Part shown: positions 30,591 through 40,922 of the stretch, one piece after another
Numbering within the stretch: position 1 is the first letter of the stretch
Layout of the letters: every line of letters starts with the position of its first letter
DNA from: a bacterium
Lineage (GTDB): Bacteria; UBA8248
Assembly: GCA_965261085.1 (NCBI GenBank)
Contig: OZ253442.1
Location: 896,001 to 960,000, forward strand
Direction: 5' to 3'
Length of the DNA stretch: 64,000 nucleotides
The notes under the pieces: generated by a model
Told to the model about the DNA's origin: nothing
Database searches by the model: none
The model's input: only the letters and a program-made list of their open reading frames with translations
Position numbers and translations under genes: made by a program

Positions 30591-31682
30591 ATGAAGCAAG
30601 CCGCGAATCCTGCGGCCAGAGTGGAGGCTGAAATCGTGGGTAAAAGAACGAATGTCAGGGATCTTCTCTTCAAATCGGCTTTGGCGGTTCTGCTGGGAGT
30701 GGCGCTCGTCTTCACGTCCGCCACGCCTTCCGAGTCGGCCGTCAAGCGAGTCATCATCACCCAGGCGGTCGAGAGTCTCGCCTTCGTCGGCAACTACGTG
30801 GCGCGCGCGAACGGCTATTTCGCCGACGAGGATCTGGCCGTCGAGGTCATCTCCACGCGGGGCGGCGGGCCGGACATCAAGGCCAACCTCGCGGGCAAGG
30901 CGGAATTCTCCGTAGCGGCGGGCACCTACCAGATCAACGCCGTCAAGGCGGGCGGACGCCTCATCGCGGTGATGAGCTGCCTGAACCGCAGCATCGTCAA
31001 CTCCGCCATCCGCAAGGACGTCGCCAAGAGACTCGGCATCACCGCCAAAACGCCCTACATGGAAAAAATTAAGAAGATGAAAGGTTTGACCGTCGGGGCC
31101 ACGCGGCCGGGCGCGCTCACCTACAACCAGGGCGAATACTGGATCCGCCAGGCCGGCTACACGCCCCAGAAAGAAGTGAAGCTCATCGGCGCAGGCGCGG
31201 GCCCCGTGCTCATCGCGGCGCTCGAGCGCAACAAGATTCAGATAGCGATCCAGACCATCCCCGTGCCGGAGACGGCGATATTCCGGGGCCACGCCATTCC
31301 CTTCGTCACGAACTCTGCGGGCGAAGACCCGAAGATGGATCAGTTCATGATGGAGGTCCTGCTCGTGCGGCCCGATTACGCCAAGAAGAACCCCGAGACC
31401 GTCCGCAAGGTGGTGCGGGCGCTTCTCAAGGCCAACAACTGGATTTCCAAGCACACCGCCGAGGAGATTCGCGAGAAAATCCAGATTTACTTCGCCAAGA
31501 CCGACAAGCGACTGCTGCGCACCAGCATCGCGGCGGTGAAGAATGCCGTCTCGCTGGACGGAAAAGTCACCCAGCGCGCGGTGGACATCACCCAGAACCT
31601 GCTCATCGCGGCGGGCAAGCTCAAAAAAGCGTTCCCCAGGAGCGTCCTGGTATCGGACGAGTATTTGCCCGGCAAGATGTGA
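30591..31682 (+). CDS. ABC substrate-binding protein, NMT1/SsuA/TauA type (start uncertain)
   Basis: Signal peptide; YVARANGYFADEDL, KGLTVG, KNPETVRKVVRALLKA; followed by ATPase and permease. Confidence 0.88.
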   Translation: MKQAANPAARVEAEIVGKRTNVRDLLFKSALAVLLGVALVFTSATPSESAVKRVIITQAVESLAFVGNYVARANGYFADEDLAVEVISTRGGGPDIKANLAGKAEFSVAAGTYQINAVKAGGRLIAVMSCLNRSIVNSAIRKDVAKRLGITAKTPYMEKIKKMKGLTVGATRPGALTYNQGEYWIRQAGYTPQKEVKLIGAGAGPVLIAALERNKIQIAIQTIPVPETAIFRGHAIPFVTNSAGEDPKMDQFMMEVLLVRPDYAKKNPETVRKVVRALLKANNWISKHTAEEIREKIQIYFAKTDKRLLRTSIAAVKNAVSLDGKVTQRAVDITQNLLIAAGKLKKAFPRSVLVSDEYLPGKM

Positions 31683-31759
31683 GCGGCTTTTTTCTGCTCT
31701 GAAAACCGCCGGGGAAGGGCCGTTGAGTGCTCCTCCCCGGCGGTGGAGATTCATGCCTC

Positions 31760-32563
31760 GTGCCACCTATTCTCTCGATACGGAATCTGCATAAGGAATT
31801 TTTCTCGCGGGGAAACCGCGTCGTCGCCATCGAGGATTTCAGCCTCGACATCGTAGAAGGCGAATTCCTCACCATCGTGGGGCCGAGCGGCTGCGGGAAG
31901 TCCACGCTGCTCAACTGCATCATCGGGCTGGTGCACCCCACCTCGGGAACCATCAACTACCGAGACAAGAAGCTGCGCGGCATCAACACCGAGATCGGCT
32001 ACGTGCCGCAGGCGGACTATCTCTACGCCTGGCGCACGCTCATCAACAACGTCGCCTTTCCCCTGGAGATGCGCGGGGTGGATCAGAAGACCCGCCACGA
32101 GAAGGCGCGCGAATTCATCCAGCGCGTAGGCCTTGCGGGGTTTGAGGATCACTACCCGCACGAACTCTCGGGCGGAATGCGCCAGCGGGCCAACATCATC
32201 CGCACTCTTATCTACGACCCCGAGGTAATCCTGATGGACGAGCCCTTCGGACCGCTCGACGCCCAGACGCGGATTATCCTTCAGGATCAGCTTTTGAAAC
32301 TCTGGCGCGAAGCGCGCAAGACCGTCATATTCATCACGCACGATCTCGTCGAGGCCATCGCCCTGGCCGACAGGGTCGTCGTCATGACGAGCCGGCCCGG
32401 CATGCTCAGGAGCGTCGCGGAAGTGAACATCCCGCGCCCGCGCGACGTGTTCACCATTCACGGCGAGGAAGTTTTTCGCAAGACCTACGATCAACTGTGG
32501 GAGGAATTGCGCGAGGAGGTCCAGCGCAGCGAGGATTGGATGAAAAACGGGACCGCGGGATAA
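31760..32563 (+). CDS. ABC ATP-binding protein, nitrate/sulfonate type
   Basis: [37 protein letters not shown]. Confidence 0.93.
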   Translation: MPPILSIRNLHKEFFSRGNRVVAIEDFSLDIVEGEFLTIVGPSGCGKSTLLNCIIGLVHPTSGTINYRDKKLRGINTEIGYVPQADYLYAWRTLINNVAFPLEMRGVDQKTRHEKAREFIQRVGLAGFEDHYPHELSGGMRQRANIIRTLIYDPEVILMDEPFGPLDAQTRIILQDQLLKLWREARKTVIFITHDLVEAIALADRVVVMTSRPGMLRSVAEVNIPRPRDVFTIHGEEVFRKTYDQLWEELREEVQRSEDWMKNGTAG

Positions 32564-32589
32564 AATACGCGGATGAGGAGGGGGTTGCC

Positions 32590-33687
32590 ATGGTCGACAT
32601 GATCGATAAACCAGTGAGCGAGGACAAGGGATCGAGCGAGCCGGTGCAGAGCGTCCAAGAGGTTCTCGCCCGGATCAAGCTGCCCAAGTGGGGCGCGTTT
32701 CTCCTGACGCTCCCCCTGCCGGGCGTTCCGCAACTCTGGCGAGGGGACTACCTGAGGGGCGCGCTTCTGCTGGGCCTCACCGTGGGCGGCTACATGGCCT
32801 GTTCGGTCACGGGCATGTTATTTCACGCCATCGCGCTCGTGGACGTCTCCATCACGCGAACCGGGCGCATCATCAAGAACTCGCGCTTGCGCATGTTCGC
32901 CTACCGGGCCTTTTTCGTGGGCGGCTTTCTGGCCATGTGGGAGTTGAGCGCCTGGGAAATCGGCCCCAAGCAATGGCTCTGCGTGGACCCGTTCTGGTTC
33001 GGCTCGCCCGTGCGCGTCCTGAGCTATCTGGTGGAGATAACGCTTTCGGGCGCCGTCTTCATCGATACGTGGACGACGATGTACGAGGCGTTCCTGGGCT
33101 ACATCATAGGCGCGGCTTTGGGTGTCGCCATGGGCTTCGTGCTGGCGCGGCTCGAGACCCTGGCCGAGATACTCGACCCCTTCATCGTCGCGGTGAACGG
33201 CATCCCGCGCGTGGCGATGGCGCCGATTCTCATCATCTGGTTCGGTATAGGCGTGGAGTCCAAAATCGTGCTGGCGGTGAGCCTCGTGCTCTTCCTCACC
33301 TTCATGAACACATACTCGGGCCTCAGAGGCGTGGACCCCAACCTCAAGAACCTGGCGCAAGTAATGGGCGCGAACGAGATGCAGGTTCTCTGGAAGGTCA
33401 CGCTGCCCGCAGCGATGCCCTGGATATTGACGGGCCTCAAGATAGGCGTTCCCTTCGCCGTCGTCGGGGCCATCCTGGGCGAGTTCATGGCGGCGAGCCA
33501 GGGGCTTGGCTTCATGATTCAGCATACGAGCAACCTGTTCAACATCGCGGGTTCGTTCGCGGGCCTTATCCTGCTCATGTTCATCGTGCTCATCGCCAAC
33601 TCGGCGGTGAACTGGCTGGAGCGCTATCTGCTGCGCTGGCGGCCCAAACAACAAGCCGCAGGCGAAGGCGCAACAGAGGTGTATTAG
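32590..33687 (+). CDS. ABC permease, SsuC/TauC type with N-terminal extra membrane segment
   Basis: PRVAMAPILIIWFGIG, LPAAMPWILTGLK, GEFMAASQGLG. Confidence 0.9.
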   Translation: MVDMIDKPVSEDKGSSEPVQSVQEVLARIKLPKWGAFLLTLPLPGVPQLWRGDYLRGALLLGLTVGGYMACSVTGMLFHAIALVDVSITRTGRIIKNSRLRMFAYRAFFVGGFLAMWELSAWEIGPKQWLCVDPFWFGSPVRVLSYLVEITLSGAVFIDTWTTMYEAFLGYIIGAALGVAMGFVLARLETLAEILDPFIVAVNGIPRVAMAPILIIWFGIGVESKIVLAVSLVLFLTFMNTYSGLRGVDPNLKNLAQVMGANEMQVLWKVTLPAAMPWILTGLKIGVPFAVVGAILGEFMAASQGLGFMIQHTSNLFNIAGSFAGLILLMFIVLIANSAVNWLERYLLRWRPKQQAAGEGATEVY

Positions 33688-33727
33688 GGTCGATTCTCCC
33701 TGATCGGCCGGAAAATCTCTCTTTGGT

Positions 33728-33766
33728 TCTGTAGTGACAGCCCCTCCTTGGGGCTGTCACTACAGA
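33728..33766. repeat. Perfect 17-bp-stem GTAG-type palindrome (may also terminate transcription)
   Basis: TCTGTAGTGACAGCCCC-tcctt-GGGGCTGTCACTACAGA. Confidence 0.75.
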
Positions 33767-33802
33767 CCTGTGTGTCCGCCCCGGTTTTCTCTCCCATTGC
33801 TA

Positions 33803-33951
33803 TGTTTCTAAAATAAAAGCTCCCCCCACCGGCGCGGCTTCGGACTCCGTCCTCACCTTGCCGACTCCCCCTCAAGGGGGGAGTCATTTCATAAGCATAT
33901 GTCGATTGAGAAATTCATTCCCTGTTTTTGGGGGACTTTTTCAACAGCCTC
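33803..33951 (-). mobile_element. Truncated copy of the 59444-type MITE
   Basis: Near-identical reverse complement of about 59444-59592; one TIR only; flanked by TCCTC. Confidence 0.8.
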
Positions 33952-34093
33952 TCCTCGCTCGGAATTGACCCTCAAGGGGGGAGAGTGATTGGGAAACAGC
34001 GTTTTTTGGAAATTCCTCTTTCGAGGTCGGGAACAAGCTTGCTTCCGCCTTCCGCACGGGCGGGCACGGGGGCCCGCCTCTACCTCTACACCC

Positions 34094-34882
34094 CTATGCA
34101 GACGTATCCGGCGGTGGAGTGACGCCGATTTCCCCGCGCAGGAGGCGGCGGAACGCGATGCGTCTCTGAACCTCCCGCACGAAGGCGCTTACCACGCGCC
34201 TCCATGTCACATACATCACACCGTCGGCGCTCATTTGTTTTTTGCGCGCGAGTTTGCGGTCGTGTTCGATCTGGGAATCGTCCTGCTCGTCGTGCGAGAC
34301 GACGGGCGGGTCGATATAGAACACGTTCAGCCCGTTTTCCCAGAAACGGGAGAGCGCCTGGTCGATTTCCCGCATCATCCTGGGCGTATTTTCCAGAAAG
34401 TGGCGAGCCGCATCGCGCGTGATGACGTAGCCGTAACCGCCGTAGTCGTGGTAGCGCACCCGCCCGACCCGGTGCCCCGTCCCGAGGCGCTCGCACGGGA
34501 TGAAGGTCCTGGACGAGCGACGGTTCAGCTTCACGACGTCAAAGGCGAACGGCCTGCGTTCCAGCGCGTCCAGCACCTTGGGCAAGTCCACTGACAAGAC
34601 GGCGTCATCCTCGAAGATCGACGCGGTTTCCGGGCCGTTCTCCACGATTTCCCGCATCACCTGGCGATGACTCATCCAGCAGGCAATTTCTGCGTCGGCC
34701 TGGGGCCAAAGACCCAGCCTCCGCCTGGTTTCCCTGTCGACCTGTGCGTAATGCTCGGGCGTGAGTTCCTTGGCATCGACGGCGGGGTGAAACGTCGCTT
34801 CCAGACCCAATGACGCGAATTGCTCCTCCATCCGGCGGCGGCGTTCCCCGGCTCTTTCGAGATTGATGACGAACAGCTTCAT
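34094..34882 (-). CDS. Glycosyltransferase family 25
   Basis: FVINLER...RR, AVDA, EIACWMSH, IFEDDA, YVIT. Confidence 0.92.
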   Translation of the reverse strand: MKLFVINLERAGERRRRMEEQFASLGLEATFHPAVDAKELTPEHYAQVDRETRRRLGLWPQADAEIACWMSHRQVMREIVENGPETASIFEDDAVLSVDLPKVLDALERRPFAFDVVKLNRRSSRTFIPCERLGTGHRVGRVRYHDYGGYGYVITRDAARHFLENTPRMMREIDQALSRFWENGLNVFYIDPPVVSHDEQDDSQIEHDRKLARKKQMSADGVMYVTWRRVVSAFVREVQRRIAFRRLLRGEIGVTPPPDTSA

Positions 34883-34956
34883 GGTCGGGTCCCCTCGTGG
34901 TGGCGGATATCTTTACTCATCCGCCGGACAATTCTGACGCATATACTCCGGTATTT

Positions 34957-36153
34957 TCAAAGCGCCTGCCGATGGCGGCGCTCGCGCACCAGGTCGAGAA
35001 TCAGGCGCTCATACTGATCGACCGAGGCGTCGAGCGAGAACTCCTGCGCCCTTGCCATCAGCACCTCCTTCTCCGGCGGGGAATCGAGAACACGCTCCAT
35101 GGCCGCCGCAAGCGCGGTATCGTCCCCCACGGGCGCGAGCGGTCCGAATCACCCGTTATCCAGAATCTCCGATGCGCCAGCTTGGCAGTTCGTGCTCACG
35201 CACGGGCAGCCGCACGCCATCGCCTGAATTAAAACACCGGGTAAACCCTCATACCTGGAAGAGAGAACGAACAAAGAGACGCGGCTCATGAAGGCGTAGG
35301 GGTTTGAGACCCAGCCGGGCAGGGACACTTTTTCCTGCAGCCCCAATTTGCGGATCATCTTCTCCAGCCTCTTCCGCCAGCTTCCTTCTCCGAGAATAAT
35401 CAGGCGAACCCGGCGATTCCGGGAGACTTGCCGAAATGCCCGTAAAAGGGTCGGAAAATCCTTGACTCTCGCCAGCCTTCCGGCAGCCAGTATGACCGGG
35501 GGACCATCGTCGGTCATCCAGGGATGGTCGGGGACGACCGGGGCCAGCTCGGCGATGTCTGTGGAGACGACGGGATTGTAGATTCGGGAAATTCTCTTGC
35601 GGGGGATTCCAAGTTCGAGGGCGAGGTTGTTGGCGACGCCGTCCGATACGGCAAGAATGTGATCCGCAATCGGGAACAAAATAGGGTAAAGGTTACGAAA
35701 CCTCCATTTTGTGTGCCTGAGAAAGATACGGACAGTCGGAATTGTCACAGGGCTCAGTCTGGTGAAAGAAAGCGCCATCAACGTCGTTGATTTGGACCTG
35801 GGGAGTGAAGGGAGAATGCAGTCCGGCCGTTCTTCGTCGATATAGGCGGCTATGGAGCGGGCGTCCTGCAGTAAACTTTTTCGCAGAAACTTGAGTATTC
35901 TCAAACCGAAGCGCCGCGTGAGTTGGATGCGGTCGCGAAAGTCATTTATCGGTTCTTGGTTCAATACGAACAGGCGCGCCTCAGGGGGGATTTCGTCCAC
36001 AAGTGTGTCTATTTTTTCGAATACGAGAATATCCACACGATACCCACGGTCAATCAGCCCGCGCGCCAGTCTCAGTACGGAGCGTTCCGCGCCGCCGCCA
36101 CCCAAATGAGGGATGGCGAGAGCAATCCGCAGGAATTTTTCAGGTTCGTTCAT
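34957..36153 (-). pseudogene. Glycosyltransferase family 4 with internal TGA at 35149-35151
   Basis: GGAER, AGRL..VKDF, LSSRYEGLPGVLIQAMACG; after ILDNG* the same frame continues FGPLAPVGDDTALAAAM... for 63 codons to TGA at 34957. Confidence 0.85.
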
Positions 36154-36251
36154 TTCCGATTTTCCGCACATACCCACCCAAGGCGCGATGTTCTTTCGAG
36201 ACGACGCTTCTCATTACCTCGGAATTTCGTATCGCGCATTCTGGCCTCGGC

Positions 36252-37028
36252 TTATTCTGAATCGCCGCCGGTCCCGGCGCTTCGCACCTTGCGATAATAG
36301 TATATGTGCTTTAGCGCTTCTTCCCTAAGATTACTTAGGATGCGGCGGCCCAGTTTCCAGAAATTCCGGCTCGGCCGGGAATCCGCCGCTTCCTGAACGA
36401 AGGAATGGCCGTCCGCCTCGTTTATATGGAACACGACGGGCGTTTCCAGGGAGAAAACATCCATTCCGTTTTCCCAGTATGCGTGCAGCGTATGATCGAT
36501 CTGATGCACGATTCTTGGACAATTTTTCAGAAAGCGGCTCGCTCCTTTTTTCGAGACCACGTAACTTTGCGTCCCCCAGTCCGAAAACTTCGTAATGCCC
36601 AACCGGACGCCCGCATCGACTCTCTTGAGCGGCGCAAAGGGTTTGTCCGTATCGTTTCGGTGCAGAAAAACGAGGTCGAACTCCCAGCCCGAGGCGTAGA
36701 GCCGCGCAAGCGCATCCAGCGCACCGCCGATTTCGGGCGCGAGCGTTACGTCGTCCTCGAAGACGGCTACGAGCTCATCCTCTCCCGCCGCGACGCTTCC
36801 GAGCGCCTTTCTGTGGCTGATATAACAGGCGATCATGCCGTCCGAGAGCGGGCGGCGGCCCTCCCTGTCGCGGGATATCCTGTCCACGAGGGCCCAGTCT
36901 TCATCATTCAGATCGCGCCAGTCGATGGCGTCAAGAATCTCGAATTCCATGCCTAAAGCGTTGAATTGTCTTCGCATCGCACGCCGCCTGTCTTCGGCGC
37001 GCGGCAGGTTGATGACGACGCACTTCAT
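36252..37028 (-). CDS. Glycosyltransferase family 25 (paralog of 34094-34882)
   Basis: VVINL..RR, AID, IACYISH, VFEDDV, YVVS, IDHTL...WENG. Confidence 0.9.
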   Translation of the reverse strand: MKCVVINLPRAEDRRRAMRRQFNALGMEFEILDAIDWRDLNDEDWALVDRISRDREGRRPLSDGMIACYISHRKALGSVAAGEDELVAVFEDDVTLAPEIGGALDALARLYASGWEFDLVFLHRNDTDKPFAPLKRVDAGVRLGITKFSDWGTQSYVVSKKGASRFLKNCPRIVHQIDHTLHAYWENGMDVFSLETPVVFHINEADGHSFVQEAADSRPSRNFWKLGRRILSNLREEALKHIYYYRKVRSAGTGGDSE

Positions 37029-37122
37029 CGCGTGCGGGTCATGGGCCACCGTTTTGCTCCTTCGCCTCAAATATCGCTTCCGGGATGGAAAACGACGAAT
37101 GCGCCCGCCTTTCGTTTTTGAT

Positions 37123-37253
37123 CGTCATTCCGGCGCATGCCGGAATCTAGAGCCGATGAGGAAGGGCACGTCACGGCCTTTGATCGCCTCGATGATCGGG
37201 GCGGCCCAATGGAAAAACCGAAAAATGGATTCCGGCTTTCGCCGGAATGACGG
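37123..37253. repeat. CGTCATTCCGGC..GCCGGAATC (CGTC-type) REP inverted pair
   Basis: CGTCATTCCGGCGCATGCCGGAATC ... GGATTCCGGCTTTCGCCGGAATGACG; related pairs at 61745-61904 and 62405-62566, a half at about 59820. Confidence 0.85.
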
Positions 37254-37514
37254 GGGGATGCGGAACTAAAGAGACGCAAGATTCCTGCCCCCACGCCGGA
37301 AACCCCCCACCAACGCGGCTTCGCGTTGACTCCCCCTCAAGGGGGGAGTGATTTCCGACCCTTCTACGAGGGCCGTTCACGAACAGCCCCTACAAATCCA
37401 AAACCCCCTCCCGTGAAAGGCAACCCCCAACCCCCTTTATCGGGGCTGTTGAAAAATCCTCGTCGGCGGGGTTTTTGGTTTCGGAATTTCTTAGTTTAAG
37501 GCCTTTCCTTCCGT

Positions 37515-38246
37515 CTAAGTTGTGTCCGCTTCGTGTTTGGTATTTCCATGCTCTGCACGATAAGCGCGCCCGGTATCCACCACCACAATGAGCCCTGCGC
37601 TCTTTTCCAGTCTCAGGTAGGCATTCTTGAAGCGTTTACAATACCGGAACAACTCTTTGTTGTAGGGGCCATAATTCATGGAGGCCTGAGATTCGGGATC
37701 AAGGTCGAGGTTCATCAGTTCTGAATATTGATTGGCGAATTCCCGCTCAACGAAACATGGGCAAAGGGTAAACCAAGGGAATCTCGTCCTGAATGGGGTA
37801 TAACGAATTCTCTTGCTTCTCGTTTTGAATTTTCGTCTACGAGTTCTCCAGTTTTTCATGTCGTTCTGGTGGAACATCGTAACCATTTTGGTCCTGCAAT
37901 CGAGAAGCTCAAATACTTCTTCAGGGTCAACCTTCGCAATCGCCAGCCAATCATCTTCAAGGTGAAGCGCAACCGGAGATGATATTTTCGACCAGAGGTT
38001 CTTCACCGCCAGACTGAACCCCGGAGTTTCCGGCATGGATAATTCGGCGTCCGGGAAATAGTGCAGAATCATATCTCGACACGTCTCCCCGTCTTTCGTC
38101 GTCCCCATGTACGGGTCGATGTTTGCGAATACCTGATGGATTACAAAGCCGGGGAATACGTGTTCCTGAAAAGACTTGAGCGTGAGTTCAAGGAGTTTTG
38201 GTCTGCGACCAGAGATCAAGGTAAGGTCAATTTCTGTGATCTCCAT
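37515..38246 (-). CDS. Putative GT-A-fold glycosyltransferase-like protein
   Basis: GRRPKLL..TL.SF, NIDP, LHLEDDW (DxD-like); located in the glycosyltransferase cluster. Confidence 0.55.
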   Translation of the reverse strand: MEITEIDLTLISGRRPKLLELTLKSFQEHVFPGFVIHQVFANIDPYMGTTKDGETCRDMILHYFPDAELSMPETPGFSLAVKNLWSKISSPVALHLEDDWLAIAKVDPEEVFELLDCRTKMVTMFHQNDMKNWRTRRRKFKTRSKRIRYTPFRTRFPWFTLCPCFVEREFANQYSELMNLDLDPESQASMNYGPYNKELFRYCKRFKNAYLRLEKSAGLIVVVDTGRAYRAEHGNTKHEADTT

Positions 38247-38310
38247 GTTGCTTCCCCTTTACTCATCCAGCGCCAAGGGTATCTGCTCGCTCAGTTTTGT
38301 TAATGCCCTT

Positions 38311-39230
38311 TTAATCAAGATGATATGGAGAACAAATAACCATTGAGTGATTTTTGTGAGAAATCTTATCGACCAAGGCTAACTTGAAGTCCTTCTTCCA
38401 GAACCCGATTTCTCGCAACTCGTAAATGAATTCGTAATTGTTTTTTTTTAAAATTCGATAGCCGGGTTTGCTCCATCAGATATGTTCGAGGCCAATATTT
38501 CACAAGCAATAACCAGCTTATGCTTATTCAAAATATTAACGGCTCCTTCGAGACATTCCATTTCATGGTTTTCCACATCGATCTTTACGAAGTCGATACC
38601 TGCGCAACGATTCACCATTTCCATGTTATCCAGTAAATCGACATCAAATTCCACACAATTGAATTCATCATATGGAGTTGTTGGACTTTTAGCAATAATC
38701 ACTTGACTAGCATCTGTTATAGGTTCTATTGCGCGCACCTTTTCATAGACATTCGAACATCCCAGGTTGACGGGAAAAACATTGCCCGCTAGTTTCGCAT
38801 TGATTTTCAGAAGTTGGTATGTTCTCGGGTGAGGCTCAATAGCAATTACCTTGTCAAAAAATTGCGCAAAATATAGCGCGTGGGTTCCGATGTGTGCCCC
38901 GATATCCAGACATACCGCCTTACTTTTAAGTTTCGGGAAGACTCTCAATGCCAGAAAATCTAATTCTTTAATTTCATACCACCCGTTCATAAGTAGCATC
39001 GCCGAAGAATGATCTGATGAAAAACAAGCAACCTTGGGATATTTTTTTGCATTTTCCTTAATCGCTTCCGCTAAGTACTTGTGCGTTATACGCCTTGCTC
39101 CTTTTATTGGATGTAATACAAGGCGCAGTAGATTCCGTACAAATTTTGTTCCGTTCTTCAAGAGAACTCCAAACATTGTTTTATTCTGCATTGTCTGCAG
39201 ATGCTCTAGGTTTCGCATCATCTTTCTCAT
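38311..39230 (-). pseudogene. FkbM-family methyltransferase, frameshifted at a T4A9 tract (38441-38453)
   Basis: LDIGAHIG, IAIEPHP, FVKIDVENHE; annotated stop at 38448, but one extra T gives IEFLKKNNYEFIYEL... to TAA at 38311; visibly AT-rich. Confidence 0.8.
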
Positions 39231-39400
39231 CGCTTCCCCTCGACTGGTCCCACTCCGCCTCCGTGGGCGGATATTAGCATTTCTTCGTCGATGGGGTAAC
39301 GAGGCGGGCGGCAAACCGCAATCGCAGTTCCTCCCTTATCGGTCGGAACTGACTTCATCAGTCGCGATTGACCTCATCGGTCGGCAAACGCTCGCTCCTC

Positions 39401-40922
39401 GGGGTTGTTGAAAAACCCCTGACTCTATGCTTGGATGTATGGATATTACGCGCCCGAGAAGGGAATATCCGCGATGTTGGGACGCAAGAACCGCGCCCAG
39501 ATGGATTTGTTCATCACCGGTTCGCTGGAGAGGTTGATTCCCGAGGATCACATATTGGCCCGCGTGAACCGCGTTCTGGACCTGAGTTGGCTGCGCGAGG
39601 AAGTGGCGGATTGTTATTGCGCGGACAACGGCCGTCCTGGGATCGACCCCGAAGTGGCGGTTCGGTTGATGTTGGCGGGCCTTCTGCTGGGGTTCGTGCA
39701 CGACCGTCGGTTGATGCGCGAGGCGCAGGTGAACATCGCGATCCGGTGGTTCATCGGTTACGGGCTGGAGGATCGGCTGCCGGATCATTCGAGCCTGACG
39801 CGGATACGGCAGCGCTGGGGGGAGGCCCGGTTCCGGGAGATATTCCGCCGCACGGTCCGTGCGTGCCTGGATGCGAAGGTGGCCAAGGCCGAAGTCGTGC
39901 ACGTGGACGCCTCATTGATCCGCGCGGACGTGAGTTGGGAGAGTCTGGTGGAGCGTCACGTGGACGAGGTGATAGCGGAGAACCCCGTCGAGGAGGAGGC
40001 CGGGAAGAAGGGTGGAGGAGGCCGCCGTGGCGGGGGTTCCGGGAAGGTGAGCCGGACGGACCCGGACGCGCGGCTGGCGAGAACGGGCGGGGGATTCGAG
40101 CCGAGCTACAAGCAGCACGCTGTGGTGGACGACACGCGCGGGGTGGTGCTCGACGTATCGGTGACGGAGGGTACGGTGAACGAGCGTGAGGTGCTCGAAT
40201 CGCAGGTGGAAGCGGTATGCGAGGTATCGGGGCGCGCGCCCGCGATGGTGACGGCGGACTCTGGCTACGCCTACTCGAAGGTCTACGCGGCCCTGGAGCG
40301 CCGGGGTGTGGCCGCGCTCATTCCGGCGAAGAGGGAACCCTCGCAGAGCCGTGTTCCGTTGCGCCTGTTCCGCTACGACGCGCGGCACGACATCGTGAAG
40401 TGTCCGCGCGGCAAGATACTGAGCCCCCGTCGGCCCGCAAAGGGGGGGCGTTATTATCGTTCGAAGACCCGTGATTGCGCGGGCTGCGCGCTTCGCGAGG
40501 ATTGCCTGCCGAAGGCGTGGTCGAGCAAGGTGGTGTTGGTTCCGCATGCGTATCCGGCGCTGTTGCGCGCGCGCCGGCGCCATGCGCGATGGAGGGAGGA
40601 GGAGCGGCGGATGTACCGGCGTCATATGTGGCGCTCGGAGGGCTACCACGGCGAGGCGAAGACCTGGCACGGGCTTGCGCGCGCGGTGCGGCGCGGTCTT
40701 GAGAACATGAAGATACAGTCCTACCTGACGGCGGCGGCGATCAACCTCAAGCGGCTCTCCGCCGCACTTGCTGCAAGGTTATTCGCCCTCTGGAGGGCCT
40801 GGTCGGCCCGGGAAGAGCCTCTGTGCGTCCATCGCGGCCTCGCAAGCTGCGTGGGCTTCCTGTCCGCCGCCGCGTGACCCTCCATACCGCCCGCTCCCGA
40901 AACCGGGTTATTCAACAACCCC
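39401..40922 (+). mobile_element. IS1182-family insertion sequence, 1522 bp
   Basis: IRL GGGGTTGTTGAAAAACCC / IRR GGGTTATTCAACAACCCC (17/18); 5-bp direct repeat TCCTC at 39396-39400 and 40923-40927. Confidence 0.92.
39474..40877 (+). CDS. IS1182-family DDE transposase
   Basis: LIPEDH, GRPGIDP, PDHSSL, HVDAS, SRTDPDA, ADSGY, C-P.G...C..C...C, E...EAK..HGL.RA..RG. Confidence 0.92.
   Translation: MLGRKNRAQMDLFITGSLERLIPEDHILARVNRVLDLSWLREEVADCYCADNGRPGIDPEVAVRLMLAGLLLGFVHDRRLMREAQVNIAIRWFIGYGLEDRLPDHSSLTRIRQRWGEARFREIFRRTVRACLDAKVAKAEVVHVDASLIRADVSWESLVERHVDEVIAENPVEEEAGKKGGGGRRGGGSGKVSRTDPDARLARTGGGFEPSYKQHAVVDDTRGVVLDVSVTEGTVNEREVLESQVEAVCEVSGRAPAMVTADSGYAYSKVYAALERRGVAALIPAKREPSQSRVPLRLFRYDARHDIVKCPRGKILSPRRPAKGGRYYRSKTRDCAGCALREDCLPKAWSSKVVLVPHAYPALLRARRRHARWREEERRMYRRHMWRSEGYHGEAKTWHGLARAVRRGLENMKIQSYLTAAAINLKRLSAALAARLFALWRAWSAREEPLCVHRGLASCVGFLSAAA

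Noticed and set aside
35149-35151. TGA as selenocysteine or genetic-code reassignment
   Set aside because: The position corresponds to a basic residue rather than Cys, and TGA is a normal stop in many neighbouring genes
37442-37476. Complete MITE starting at 37442
   Set aside because: Only one TIR is present; no matching right end or target duplication was found
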